DNA of 64,000 bases. Origin: Alphaproteobacteria bacterium. Lineage in GTDB: Bacteria > Pseudomonadota > Alphaproteobacteria > UBA9219 > RFNS01. Numbering within the stretch: position 1 is the stretch's first letter; each line of letters opens with the position of its first letter. Below, in pieces: positions 28,972-38,674 of the stretch. The position numbers and the translations under genes are program-made. The stretch spans positions 154,103 to 218,102 of the forward strand of contig WGMR01000007.1 in assembly GCA_016124955.1 (NCBI GenBank). The letters run 5' to 3'. The notes beneath the pieces are model-generated. The model saw nothing but the letters and a program-made list of their open reading frames with translations, was not told the origin of the DNA and ran no database searches.

Positions 28972-29982
28972 TCAGCGCGCCAGCGCCTGCCGGTGTTTTT
29001 CCGCATCCCAATCCAGCAGCCTGTCTTCGTCCGCCGCGCTAAGATAATGAAGCGAAGCGTCGGCGGGAACGCGAAGCAGCACCTGCGCGAGGCATTCGGC
29101 CATCGCTTCCCCGGCCCTTGAAAGCGCGGACGAAAGCAGCGCGCCCTTGCCGCGCACCAGCAAAAGCGGCGCGGCGGACGGGTCGGCGTCTGGAAAGTCT
29201 TCGGCATCGATAACTTTCACGCCGCGGCCAAGGAACACGGCATGGTCCGGGTACAGCGTGCCGCCGCAAGCGAAGCCGCAAGCGTCGGCATCGTTTGCAA
29301 GGCCGTGCACAACGGGGTTCTCCGGAACGCGCCACGCGCCCTGTCGCGCCATGCGTTGAAGATAGACGTGATCGGGCGCGGGCGATACGCGCGCAGGCGC
29401 GGCCAGCCGTGCGACGGATTCGGCAAGAAGTTTTTCGGTTTCCTCGACACTTTCGCCCGCGACGATCAACCCGTGATTACCGAGCACAATGACATTCGGC
29501 GGCGTTTCACCCGCGATTACGCGGATCGCACGGGTCAGCGGCCAGCCCGGATGCGCGTAGGGGATGAAGGCGTGGCGTATATCGGCCAGCCGCCCGGCGC
29601 ATTGGGTGCCGCCATCCTGCCGCACGGCCAGCGCAATCGCGCCTACAGCGTGGACATGCACAACAACGCGTTGCGGCAGCGCCGCATGCATGGATGTTTC
29701 GATCGACGGGCGCAGGCCGTTTGCGGCCCCAACCGTTTCGGCAACAGGTTCGCGCCCGCCCGCAATATCAGCGCGCAGCGCCGTGTAATCCACGGGAACA
29801 AAAATATCGCCTCGCGCAGCGTCAGCAAGCCATGTGCCGGAAGCCTTGATCCACATGGCGGCGCCATGCTTGACCGACATATTGCCCCCGCCGCCCTGTA
29901 CCAGAAGCGGGTCAGCGCCTATGCGCGCCGAGCTTTGCACGAAGCCGGAAAAATCGGATGGCCGGGATGGATGCTCTGTCAT
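28972..29982 (-). CDS. Class II aldolase/adducin family protein
   Basis: LVQGGGGNMSVK, IKASG, RPSIETSMH, HVH Zn ligands, NHGL, LYPDH. Confidence 0.85.
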   Translation of the reverse strand: MTEHPSRPSDFSGFVQSSARIGADPLLVQGGGGNMSVKHGAAMWIKASGTWLADAARGDIFVPVDYTALRADIAGGREPVAETVGAANGLRPSIETSMHAALPQRVVVHVHAVGAIALAVRQDGGTQCAGRLADIRHAFIPYAHPGWPLTRAIRVIAGETPPNVIVLGNHGLIVAGESVEETEKLLAESVARLAAPARVSPAPDHVYLQRMARQGAWRVPENPVVHGLANDADACGFACGGTLYPDHAVFLGRGVKVIDAEDFPDADPSAAPLLLVRGKGALLSSALSRAGEAMAECLAQVLLRVPADASLHYLSAADEDRLLDWDAEKHRQALAR

Positions 29983-30114
29983 GATTTACACGGGTGCTTG
30001 CGTTTATGGGTGTAAACTACAAGGCTGGGGCAAAACAGGGAACCGCATATATTTTTCTCGCAGACCGGCGGCATGAAGGCTTTTCCACTGCGTCCGCGCG
30101 TGGCATGATCCGCC

Positions 30115-31212
30115 ATGATGCTGGATTTTGAGCAAAAACTGCGCGGACGCAAGGTCTTGGTAACCGGCCATACCGGTTTTACCGGGGGCTGGGCCTGTGT
30201 GTGGCTGCGGGCGCTTGGTGCCGAGGTTTCGGGCTATGCGCTTGCGCCGGAAACTGAGCCGGCTTTGTATAATCTGCTCGGGATCGAGAGCGATATGCAA
30301 TCCTGTATCGGTGATATCCGCGATACGGAGAAACTGAACGCCTTTGTGCGCAGTATCGGGCCCGATGCGGTTTTGCATCTGGCGGCGCAGCCCCTGGTTC
30401 GCCGTTCCTACCGTGCGCCGCTTGAAACCTTCGCCGTAAACGCGCTCGGTACCGCGCATGTGCTGGAAGCGGCGCGGATGGCGGGTACGTGCCGCGCCGT
30501 TGTGTGTGTCACGACCGATAAGGTTTACCAAAACAACGAAGACGGCCATGCGCATCGCGAAACCGATCCACTTGGCGGGTGCGATCCCTATAGCGCATCG
30601 AAGGCGGCGGCCGAGATTATCATTGACGGGTACAGAAATTCGTTCGGCAAAGCCGGAAACATGGCGATCGCTTCGGCGCGCGGCGGCAATATTATCGGCG
30701 GCGGCGATTGGTCGGAAGACCGCCTTGTGCCCGATTATGTGCGCGCGCAGCAGGCAAAGAAGAAGCTGGTTTTGCGCTATCCCGGCGCCGTGCGGCCGTG
30801 GCAGCATGTGCTTGGGCTCGTATATGGGTATCTGCTTCTTCTTGCGGGCCTTCCGGAAGCGCCGCAGCAGTATGCATGCGCATGGAATTTCGGCCCGCTT
30901 GACGATGCGCGCCTGACGGTGCGCGATGTGTTGGCGGTTCTTGCCGAAGAATGGACGCCGGCTGCGCTTGATTTCATGCAGGAACCCTTGCACGAAGCAG
31001 GCCTGCTGGCGCTGGACAGCACGCGGGCACGCGATCTGCTTGGCTGGGTTCCGCCGTGGGATACAAGGCGCGCGATAGCGGAAACGGCAGCATGGTATCG
31101 CGGCTATTATGAACGGCCCGCGCACGCGCGCGATTTGACGGAAACGCAGCTGCGGCAATGGCGCGAAGCGCTTGCGGCCATACAGGGAAAGGACCGGGCA
31201 TGCGCGTCCTGA
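30115..31212 (+). CDS. rfbG: CDP-glucose 4,6-dehydratase
   Basis: VLVTGHTGFTGGW, HLAAQPLVRRSY, TTDKVY, DPYSASK, GNIIGGGDWSEDRLVPD, RPWQHVL, WNFGP. Confidence 0.95.
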   Translation: MMLDFEQKLRGRKVLVTGHTGFTGGWACVWLRALGAEVSGYALAPETEPALYNLLGIESDMQSCIGDIRDTEKLNAFVRSIGPDAVLHLAAQPLVRRSYRAPLETFAVNALGTAHVLEAARMAGTCRAVVCVTTDKVYQNNEDGHAHRETDPLGGCDPYSASKAAAEIIIDGYRNSFGKAGNMAIASARGGNIIGGGDWSEDRLVPDYVRAQQAKKKLVLRYPGAVRPWQHVLGLVYGYLLLLAGLPEAPQQYACAWNFGPLDDARLTVRDVLAVLAEEWTPAALDFMQEPLHEAGLLALDSTRARDLLGWVPPWDTRRAIAETAAWYRGYYERPAHARDLTETQLRQWREALAAIQGKDRACAS

Positions 31213-32144
31213 TGACGGGTGGAAGCGGTTTTCTGGGCGCGCGGCTCGGCGGCTATATGATCGGTCGCTGTATCGAGCGCGTCATCAATATTGGCCGCAG
31301 CCCTTCGCTTCACAGCCTTGTGCACAGCATCACGGTGCCCGACCTTGTGCCCGCCGTTATCGATGATGTGCTGGGCGACGAAAAGTTCGATGTTGTTTTG
31401 CACCTTGCCGCCGCAGGCGTTGACCCCGACGACCGCGACGTGAAGGTGCTGACGCGCATCAACCGCGATTTGCCCGGCTGGCTGGTTGCCTTCGCCGCCG
31501 CGCGCGGCGCGAAGGCCGTTTTGCTCACCGGCAGCAGCGCCGAATACAGGCCCGCTCCGCCGGGCACGCTGTTGACGGAAGACATGCCGCTTGAAGCCGA
31601 AAAGACCTACGGTGCCAGCAAGGCGGCAGGCGGCCAGCTCGCGCTCGAACAGGGCGTCGCGCTCGGGCTGCCCGTAGCCGTGATCCGCATCTTCAATATC
31701 TATGGACCGGGCGAGGCCAAGCACCGGCTGTTGCCGTCCTTGATCCGCAGCCTGAAGGATGGAAAGCCCGCGCTCCTTTCACCCGGCACGCAGGTGAGGG
31801 ATTTTGTGTATGCCGACGATGTCTGTAACGGCCTGTGGATGGCGCTGGCGGCGCTGATGGAAGGGCGCATGGCCAGCGGCGCCTATAATCTTTGTACCGG
31901 CCACGGCACCAGCGTGGCGGATTTTGCGCGCGCGGTCGCGCAAAGACTGAAATTGCCGGAAGACCTTTTGCAGTTCGACCGCCTGCCCTTGCGGCCCGAC
32001 GATTTGCCTTATGTGGTGGGCGACCCTTCGCGCCTGCAGGCCGCCTGCGGCTGGCGGCCGGTTTATGACGTGCAGGCGGGCATCAGCGCGGCAATGATCG
32101 AACAGCTAAGCCCGGCGCGGTCGCTTTCCGGCAGGCGCAGCTAG
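31200..32144 (+). CDS. NAD-dependent epimerase/4-ketoreductase (extended SDR)
   Basis: VLMTGGSGFLG, GSSAEY, YGASK, FNIYGPGE, QVRDFVY. Confidence 0.85.
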   Translation: MRVLMTGGSGFLGARLGGYMIGRCIERVINIGRSPSLHSLVHSITVPDLVPAVIDDVLGDEKFDVVLHLAAAGVDPDDRDVKVLTRINRDLPGWLVAFAAARGAKAVLLTGSSAEYRPAPPGTLLTEDMPLEAEKTYGASKAAGGQLALEQGVALGLPVAVIRIFNIYGPGEAKHRLLPSLIRSLKDGKPALLSPGTQVRDFVYADDVCNGLWMALAALMEGRMASGAYNLCTGHGTSVADFARAVAQRLKLPEDLLQFDRLPLRPDDLPYVVGDPSRLQAACGWRPVYDVQAGISAAMIEQLSPARSLSGRRS

Positions 32145-32230
32145 ACCGTTTGCCGTCGGCCAAAAAAGCGTGCTAAACCTGCGAGCCGGCCCACGGCCCC
32201 GGCCCCCCTGTATTCCTGCTGGTAAACCAG

Positions 32231-33220
32231 ATGCAGAAACAATTGTTACGCAAACGCAACTTTTCAAAACCGCCGCTTATTTCGGTGTGTATTCCTGTGC
32301 TGAACGAAGTGGATAACATCGGCCCGCTTTATAGCCGTTTACAGGCGCTGGCGGACAAGATGGCGGACCGCTGTTCGCTTGAATTTATTTTTACCGATAA
32401 CCGTTCCAGCGATGGCACATGGGAACGGCTTGCCGAGCTTGCCAGGCATGATCAGCGTGTGCGCGCGCTTCGTTTTTCAAAAGGCGTCGGCTTTCAACGC
32501 TCGATCCTTGCCAACTACATTCACGCGCGCGGCGAAGCGGCACTGCAAATCGATGCCGATCTGCAGGACCCGCCCGAAATGCTGGAGCAGTTCTTCGCCA
32601 AGTGGCAAGAAGGCTATGATGTGATTTACGGTGTGCGCCGCGGGCGCCAGGAAGGCTGGTCTTTGAACCAGTTCCGCAAGTTCGGCTACTGGGTGATTGA
32701 CGCGATCAGCGAGCACCCAATTCCGCGCGACGTCGGGGATTTTCGCCTCGTTGACCGCAAGGTGATCGAAGCGTGCAAAAAGTACCGCTACCCGCAACCA
32801 TATTTGCGCGGGTTAATCGCCGGATTGGGTTTTTGGCAGACAGGCATTGTCTATGATCGTGCAGCACGTACCGCCGGGCTCAGCAAGTTTCCGATTAAAA
32901 AAATGATACATCTTGGGCTTACCGGGGTGTTCAATCATTCGACCGTGCCGTTGCGCCTTGCCACCTATATGGGGCTGTTTTTCGTAGGCGTCAGCATTGT
33001 TGGTGTCGGCTATTATTTGTTTCTGAAGATCGTGCACCCCGATTTGCCCCAAGGCCTTGCCAGCCTGCACATTCTGGTGCTGTTCGGCATAGGCTTTCTT
33101 TCGTTCCTGCTCGGGCTGCTTGGCGAATACCTGCTGCGCATCTATCTTATTTTGCGGCAGGAGCCGTTGGCGATCGTCGATGAGACGTTGAATTTTCTGC
33201 CTGAGGAGGTCAAGCTTTGA
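32231..33220 (+). CDS. GtrB/ArnC-like polyprenyl-phosphate glycosyltransferase (GT2 with two C-terminal TMs)
   Basis: IPVLNE, DNRSSDGT, IDADLQDPP, GYDVIYGVR, VGDFRLVDRKV, GLLGEYLLRIY. Confidence 0.9.
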   Translation: MQKQLLRKRNFSKPPLISVCIPVLNEVDNIGPLYSRLQALADKMADRCSLEFIFTDNRSSDGTWERLAELARHDQRVRALRFSKGVGFQRSILANYIHARGEAALQIDADLQDPPEMLEQFFAKWQEGYDVIYGVRRGRQEGWSLNQFRKFGYWVIDAISEHPIPRDVGDFRLVDRKVIEACKKYRYPQPYLRGLIAGLGFWQTGIVYDRAARTAGLSKFPIKKMIHLGLTGVFNHSTVPLRLATYMGLFFVGVSIVGVGYYLFLKIVHPDLPQGLASLHILVLFGIGFLSFLLGLLGEYLLRIYLILRQEPLAIVDETLNFLPEEVKL

Positions 33221-33999
33221 AAAAAACCGGCATAAAAGCCGTTATTCTGGCGGGCGGGCGCGGAACGCGGATTGCGGAAGAATCCGATAACCGGCCCAAG
33301 CCGATGGTGGAAATCGGCGGCAAGCCGCTGCTTTGGCATGTCATGCAGTCCTACAGCAGGCACGGCGTGAAGGATTTCGTGATCTGTCTCGGTTACAAGG
33401 GATACGTGATCAAGGAATTTTTTTTCAATTACTACCGGCATATGTCGGATATCACGGTGAATTTGAAAAACGGCGAACTTGGCGTGCTCAATTCGCATAC
33501 CGAGGACTGGAACGTCACGCTGATCGACACGGGCGAGGAAACATTGACCGGCGGCCGGCTCAAGCGCGTCGCCGTATATTTGGGGAACGAGGATTTCTGC
33601 ATGACGTATGGCGACGGCGTCGCCGATGTCGATATTCGCGCCAGCATCGAATTTCACCGCAAGCACGGGAAACTGGCGACCGTTACTTCGGTGCAGCCGC
33701 CGGGCCGCTTCGGCGTGATGAAGCTTGGCGATACGAAGCAGGTAACGCGTTTCGAAGAAAAACCGCAGGACGAAATGGGCTGGATTAATGGCGGCTTTTT
33801 CGTTCTCTCTCCCGGCGTTATGGATTATATCGAAGACGACCGCACGTCGTGGGAGCGCGAGCCGCTGACGCGGCTGGCAAAGGACGGACAGCTGATGGCC
33901 TTTCCGCACCACGGGTTTTGGCAGGCATGCGATACGCTGCGCGACAAGCGCGCGCTCGAAGATTTATGGAAACTGGGCCAGGCGCCCTGGCTGCAATAA
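33217..33999 (+). CDS. rfbF: Glucose-1-phosphate cytidylyltransferase
   Basis: VILAGGRGTRIAEE, PKPMVEIGGKP, CLGYKGY.IKEFF, TLTGGRLKR, TYGDG, INGGFF, DTLRDK; TTG start with GAGGAGG RBS. Confidence 0.95.
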   Translation: MKKTGIKAVILAGGRGTRIAEESDNRPKPMVEIGGKPLLWHVMQSYSRHGVKDFVICLGYKGYVIKEFFFNYYRHMSDITVNLKNGELGVLNSHTEDWNVTLIDTGEETLTGGRLKRVAVYLGNEDFCMTYGDGVADVDIRASIEFHRKHGKLATVTSVQPPGRFGVMKLGDTKQVTRFEEKPQDEMGWINGGFFVLSPGVMDYIEDDRTSWEREPLTRLAKDGQLMAFPHHGFWQACDTLRDKRALEDLWKLGQAPWLQ

Positions 34000-34002
34000 A
34001 CT

Positions 34003-35052
34003 ATGGAAATTATCGAGCCCGGCGCCCGTCCGCCCGAAGCATCAAAGGCCGGAAAGCATCGCAGGCGCGCAGGCGGTTTGATCGGCATCGTTATTTCGGT
34101 GGTTTGTCTCTATTTCGTTTTGCGGCAACTGGATATAGCCGCGCTGTGGCGCACTGTGTCGGGCTTCGATCCTGCGCTGCTGCTTGGCGGACTCGCTGCG
34201 CTTGTTTTTGGCTATGCGATGCGCATCGTGCGGTGGGCGTTGATGTTGCGTGCGGGCGGTGCCCGGGTTGCGATTTTACGTTGCGCCGCGCCTTTCATGG
34301 GGTCGATGGCGCTGAACAATGTTTTGCCGTTGCGGGCGGGCGATGTCGTGCGCGCGCTGGTTTTTCCCGCCGCCATCGGCGCGGGCAAGGTAACGGCCGC
34401 TGCCAGCCTTGTGCTTGAACGGCTGCTTGATTTGCTGACATTGCTTGCGGTGCTTGGCGCCGGGTTGCTGCTTAGCCCCGGTCTTGAACTGCCGCAGGCG
34501 GCCAAGGAAATTGCGGTTATTCTATCCCTTTGCGGCGTGGTCGCGCTGATCGGCTTCATGCGGTTCGGCAACTTCACCATGCGGCAATTGATGCGGCTGG
34601 GCGGCTGGATGCAGCAGCGCAGCATGGGAAGTCTGGCCAGCGGCATCGGTGTGCTTGGCGGTTTTGTGGCCGATCTGCAAAGCATGGTCAGGCGCAACGC
34701 GCTGGTGACCGCCGGGTTGCTTTCCGTCTTTGTATGGGCGGGCGAAAGCGGTTTGATTTGGGCGCTTCTGAACGGGTCGGGCATTTCGGCCGCCTATCCC
34801 GCCGCGCTTGTGGTGACGGCTATGGTGACGCTTTCCACGCTTGTGCCTTCTTCCCCGGGCTATATCGGCCCGTTCCATCTGGCGGGCTATGCCGCCGCCA
34901 CCATGCTGGGCGCCACGCCCGAAACGGCGGCCGGTTTTTCCGTTATTGCGCATCTGGGGCTGTGGCTGCCGGTGACCCTTGCGGGAACAGCGGTGATCAT
35001 GTTCAATCGGCGCTTGTTTGCAGGCGCGGACCAAATGAGCCGGGATATATGA
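34003..35052 (+). CDS. UPF0104/lysylphosphatidylglycerol-synthase-TM-like flippase
   Basis: RW..ML, NNVLPLRAGDVVRA, LERLLD, VPSSPGYIGPF. Confidence 0.85.
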   Translation: MEIIEPGARPPEASKAGKHRRRAGGLIGIVISVVCLYFVLRQLDIAALWRTVSGFDPALLLGGLAALVFGYAMRIVRWALMLRAGGARVAILRCAAPFMGSMALNNVLPLRAGDVVRALVFPAAIGAGKVTAAASLVLERLLDLLTLLAVLGAGLLLSPGLELPQAAKEIAVILSLCGVVALIGFMRFGNFTMRQLMRLGGWMQQRSMGSLASGIGVLGGFVADLQSMVRRNALVTAGLLSVFVWAGESGLIWALLNGSGISAAYPAALVVTAMVTLSTLVPSSPGYIGPFHLAGYAAATMLGATPETAAGFSVIAHLGLWLPVTLAGTAVIMFNRRLFAGADQMSRDI

Positions 35053-36416
35053 GCGAACAATATGATGTTGCGATCGTGGGCGCGGGGTTCACGGGGCTTG
35101 CCGCCGCGTTCGATCTTGCGCGCGCGGGCAAAAAGGTTGTGCTGCTTGAAGCCGATGCCGCGCCGGGCGGGCTTGCCGGCACCTTTACCTTTCGTGATGG
35201 CGTGCGGATCGAGAAATTTTACCATCACTGGTTCTTGAACGATGAATATGTGCCGCCGCTGGTGCGCGAACTCGGCCTCGAGGGTGATATTGTGGCGCAT
35301 GCGTCACGTACCGGCATGTATTACAGCGGGAAAATGTGGCGGCTTTCGACTCCGCTTGATTTGCTGAAATTCACGGCGCTGCCGCTGCTCGATCGCATCA
35401 GGCTCGGGCTTCTGGTGCTGCGCGTGCGGGGTTTGAAGGACTGGAAGAAAATCGAACATCTCAGCATCCGCGAATGGCTTGAGCCGCTTTGCGGCAAGAA
35501 TGCCTTTCGTGTGGTGTGGGAACCGCTGATTTCGGCAAAATTCTCGTGCTTCGCGGAAGATATCAACGCAGTCTGGTTCTGGAAAAAACTTGCCTTGCGC
35601 GGCTCCACGCGCGACCGCAGCGGCGGCGAACAGCTCGCTTATTTCAAGGGCGGCTTCGGGCGGTTGGCCGAGGCGCTTGCGGCGGATATCCGCGCGCATG
35701 GCGGTGAAATTCGCTATGGATGCGCCGTTACCGGCGTACGCACGGAAGCGGGCCGCGCCGTTGCGCTGCAAACCGGCGCGGGCGGCGATGTGACGGCGCT
35801 GGAATATCTTTTCACGCCCGCACTGCCGGTGATCGCCGATATTTTTGCGCAAGGCGCACAGGCGGATTGGCTTGCCGGGTTGCGGCGCGTGCGTTATCTC
35901 GGCAACATCTGTCTCGTGCTCGCGCTCGATCGCAGCCTTTCCGATACGTATTGGCTAAACGTCAATGACCCGGGCTTTCCTTTTGTCGGCGTGATCGAAC
36001 ATACGAATTTCGATCCGCCGGAAAATTACGGCGGGCGCAGGGTCGTTTATCTTTCACGTTATCTGGCTTCTTCCGAACCCGTCTGGCAATATGATGACGA
36101 ATCGTATCTGGATTTTGCCCTGCCGCATCTGCAGCGCATGTTCCCCGCTTTTGAACGCGCCTGGATCAAGGATTACAAGGTTTGGCGCGCAACCTACGCG
36201 CAGCCGGTCACCGAGCGCGGCTATTCCGATTATGTGCCGCGCCAGCAAACCCCGTTCGAAAACGCGCATATTGCCACCATGGCGCAGATATATCCCGAGG
36301 ATCGCGGCACCAACTATGCTATCCGTGAAGGCCGCAAGGCTGCCGCCTCGCTGCTGCAGCAATTGGCGAACAGGGATGAAGCAAGTTTTGCCGCCACCCT
36401 GCGGCGGGTGTCGTGA
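35049..36416 (+). CDS. FAD-dependent oxidoreductase (protoporphyrinogen-oxidase-like, glycan-locus type)
   Basis: IVGAGFTGLAAA, LEA..PGGLA, EKFYHHWF, YPEDRGTNYA; ATGA overlap with flippase. Confidence 0.85.
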   Translation: MSEQYDVAIVGAGFTGLAAAFDLARAGKKVVLLEADAAPGGLAGTFTFRDGVRIEKFYHHWFLNDEYVPPLVRELGLEGDIVAHASRTGMYYSGKMWRLSTPLDLLKFTALPLLDRIRLGLLVLRVRGLKDWKKIEHLSIREWLEPLCGKNAFRVVWEPLISAKFSCFAEDINAVWFWKKLALRGSTRDRSGGEQLAYFKGGFGRLAEALAADIRAHGGEIRYGCAVTGVRTEAGRAVALQTGAGGDVTALEYLFTPALPVIADIFAQGAQADWLAGLRRVRYLGNICLVLALDRSLSDTYWLNVNDPGFPFVGVIEHTNFDPPENYGGRRVVYLSRYLASSEPVWQYDDESYLDFALPHLQRMFPAFERAWIKDYKVWRATYAQPVTERGYSDYVPRQQTPFENAHIATMAQIYPEDRGTNYAIREGRKAAASLLQQLANRDEASFAATLRRVS

Positions 36417-36430
36417 ATGAGGAAAGATCG

Positions 36431-38674
36431 ATGAAGAAGATTGCCGGATGGATTTTGCTTGCCGCGCTTGGCGCCGCTTTTCTGGCTGCCTGCATGATGG
36501 TGCTTGAAGCTTTCAACTATCACGGAAAAATACTGAACGGTGATCTTGTATATATAGAATCGCTTTACCGGGATTTCTTCGAACGCTCCTACCCGATAAG
36601 CGGCTGGCTGGTAAGCCGCGCGCCGTATTTCTTCCCCGACTGGGCGGTATTTTTTGCACTGCGCGAAACCGGCGCGGATTACAGCCAGTCTTTCGCGCTT
36701 TATATGCTGTTTATCGTTCTATTTATGACGGGCTTTTTTGCATGCCTGGCGCGGTATCTGTTCGGGCGCCTGCGTTTCGGTGACGGCGTTTTCATCCTGT
36801 TTTGGGGGTTGGTGCTAATCACGGCGTCCTGTTTCAATATTTTCCCGGCGCCGAAGGGCGTAACGGTCCCGCTGGAAATGCTGCAACTGCTTGCCCCCAC
36901 CATCCATGCCGGTGCCGCCGTGTGCGGGCTTATCGTGCTCGGGCTCTGGCTGCGCTCGCTTTCCCGCCCGGCGGGCAAGGGTATGCTGGCCGGGCTTTTC
37001 CTGTTTGCCACGCTGGCCAGCATGTCCGACCAGTGGTGGATCATATGGTTCGGCGTGCCCATCGGCCTTGTTGCGCTTTGGTTTATGGCGCGCGGCGAAC
37101 TGCCGTGGCGGCGTCACCTGCCGTTTCTGGTGGCGATGGGCGCGGGCGTGGTCGCCTCGCAGGGTGTTGTTTTCCTGTTGCAGGAAACCTCGGCGCTTTA
37201 TTTCTCGAACGTGCCGATCGGCGAAACCGGCAGCCCCGCGCTCCGTCATCTCGGCCACCTTCTGGCCGATCTTGGCCTTATGATTGCCGCCCTGCCGGTT
37301 TTCTCGCTCGGTATCTTTCTGCCTGCGGTCGCATTGGGCGCGCTGACATTGATGCGGAAGCGCGAAGACCGGTGGTTTTCACCCTTGCCCGCCGCCCCCA
37401 TATCGCCCGAACGGCAACTGGCGCTGAAAGCGCTTCACCTTGTCTTTCTTGTTTCGTTGCTGACGACCATGACGGCGATCGTGATCGTGAAATTGTGGAC
37501 GTATCCGAACTTCCGCTATCTTAGCAGCTATGTATTCGGCGCGTGGATAATTGCGGGGTTGTTCTATTTCAGGCATCTGCGCGCCACCGAAGGGTGGAAA
37601 AGCGTGCTGGCGTATGCGCTGCCGGTTGCGGCGCTAGTTGCGGCCTTGCCGGTCCTGATGTTTGTCCGCCCGGACATATTCGATCAACTGCGAAGGGAAG
37701 ACGGCACGTTTGGCTTGCCCCGTACATCTTACGGGCCGCACATGCTTTGCGTTGACGAACTTGCCCGCCGCGAAGGGCTGCGATATGGGCTCAGTGAGTA
37801 CGCTGAGGCCAAGCCGGTTACCGAGTTTTCAAGAGCCGGTGTGCAGGTTCATCAGGTCACGTACGAATTCGATATCCTGCACTGGATGAACAATTATCAT
37901 TGGTATCAGGATGTTCTGGACCCGAAGAGCGGGCAGCCCGGTTATGATTTCATTTTGTCGTACCCCGCAGGATCGGCGTACCAGCGCGTGCCATTCTATT
38001 TCGGCGAGCCTGACGAGCGGGTCCAGTGCGGCTCGTGGCAGATTATGATCTTTCGCGGCGCGAAGCGCGAACGGCTGAACGATTTCATGCGCGTCAAGCT
38101 GGTGAAGTTCCTTGAAAGCGTGGGCGACGAGAAAGCCGCCGCGCTGCGCCCGGACATGGCGCGGGAAGCCGTGTGGCAATTTATGCCGCTTGAGGCGAAC
38201 GAAATAGAAGCGCTGCCGGCAGACGGGGCAAAGCAGGAAGCCGGCGCGCGTGCCGTGCGCTGGCGCCTGCCTGAACCTGCGACCGGGGCTACTTTCGAAA
38301 TTCGGCAGGATGGCGCAAAGACGTTGCGCGGCCGCAAGTTCCGGCTGGCTTTCCGCGCGCGCGCGCCGGAAGGCGAGGTAACGGCCGATCTGCAGGTGGC
38401 CTATGTGCCGGAAGAAAGCAGCGGGCAGCGCATGACCATGATTGCGCCCGAACGCACGGATTCTTATACGCTTACCCCGGAATGGCAGACGATCGTGCGC
38501 GATTTCGCGGTGCCTTATGAAGCCGGAGCGGGCGGCGGCGGGGATTATTTGTTGGTGCGGCCCATTGTGATTTCGGCCCCCGGCGGCAAGACGATCGATA
38601 TCGCCGACGTTACGCTGCGCGTCATCGACATATTGCCGATGCCGCTCGCGCTTATACGGCCGGTCGAGAACTAG
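36431..38674 (+). CDS. Large GT-C-like membrane protein with periplasmic and CBM-like C-terminal domains
   Basis: Roughly 12-13 TM N-terminal half with NGDLVY..LY.D..GW....PYFFPD; C-terminal FRLAFRARA...YTLTPEWQT jelly-roll pattern; GAGGA RBS (alternative GTG 36413). Confidence 0.65.
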   Translation: MKKIAGWILLAALGAAFLAACMMVLEAFNYHGKILNGDLVYIESLYRDFFERSYPISGWLVSRAPYFFPDWAVFFALRETGADYSQSFALYMLFIVLFMTGFFACLARYLFGRLRFGDGVFILFWGLVLITASCFNIFPAPKGVTVPLEMLQLLAPTIHAGAAVCGLIVLGLWLRSLSRPAGKGMLAGLFLFATLASMSDQWWIIWFGVPIGLVALWFMARGELPWRRHLPFLVAMGAGVVASQGVVFLLQETSALYFSNVPIGETGSPALRHLGHLLADLGLMIAALPVFSLGIFLPAVALGALTLMRKREDRWFSPLPAAPISPERQLALKALHLVFLVSLLTTMTAIVIVKLWTYPNFRYLSSYVFGAWIIAGLFYFRHLRATEGWKSVLAYALPVAALVAALPVLMFVRPDIFDQLRREDGTFGLPRTSYGPHMLCVDELARREGLRYGLSEYAEAKPVTEFSRAGVQVHQVTYEFDILHWMNNYHWYQDVLDPKSGQPGYDFILSYPAGSAYQRVPFYFGEPDERVQCGSWQIMIFRGAKRERLNDFMRVKLVKFLESVGDEKAAALRPDMAREAVWQFMPLEANEIEALPADGAKQEAGARAVRWRLPEPATGATFEIRQDGAKTLRGRKFRLAFRARAPEGEVTADLQVAYVPEESSGQRMTMIAPERTDSYTLTPEWQTIVRDFAVPYEAGAGGGGDYLLVRPIVISAPGGKTIDIADVTLRVIDILPMPLALIRPVEN

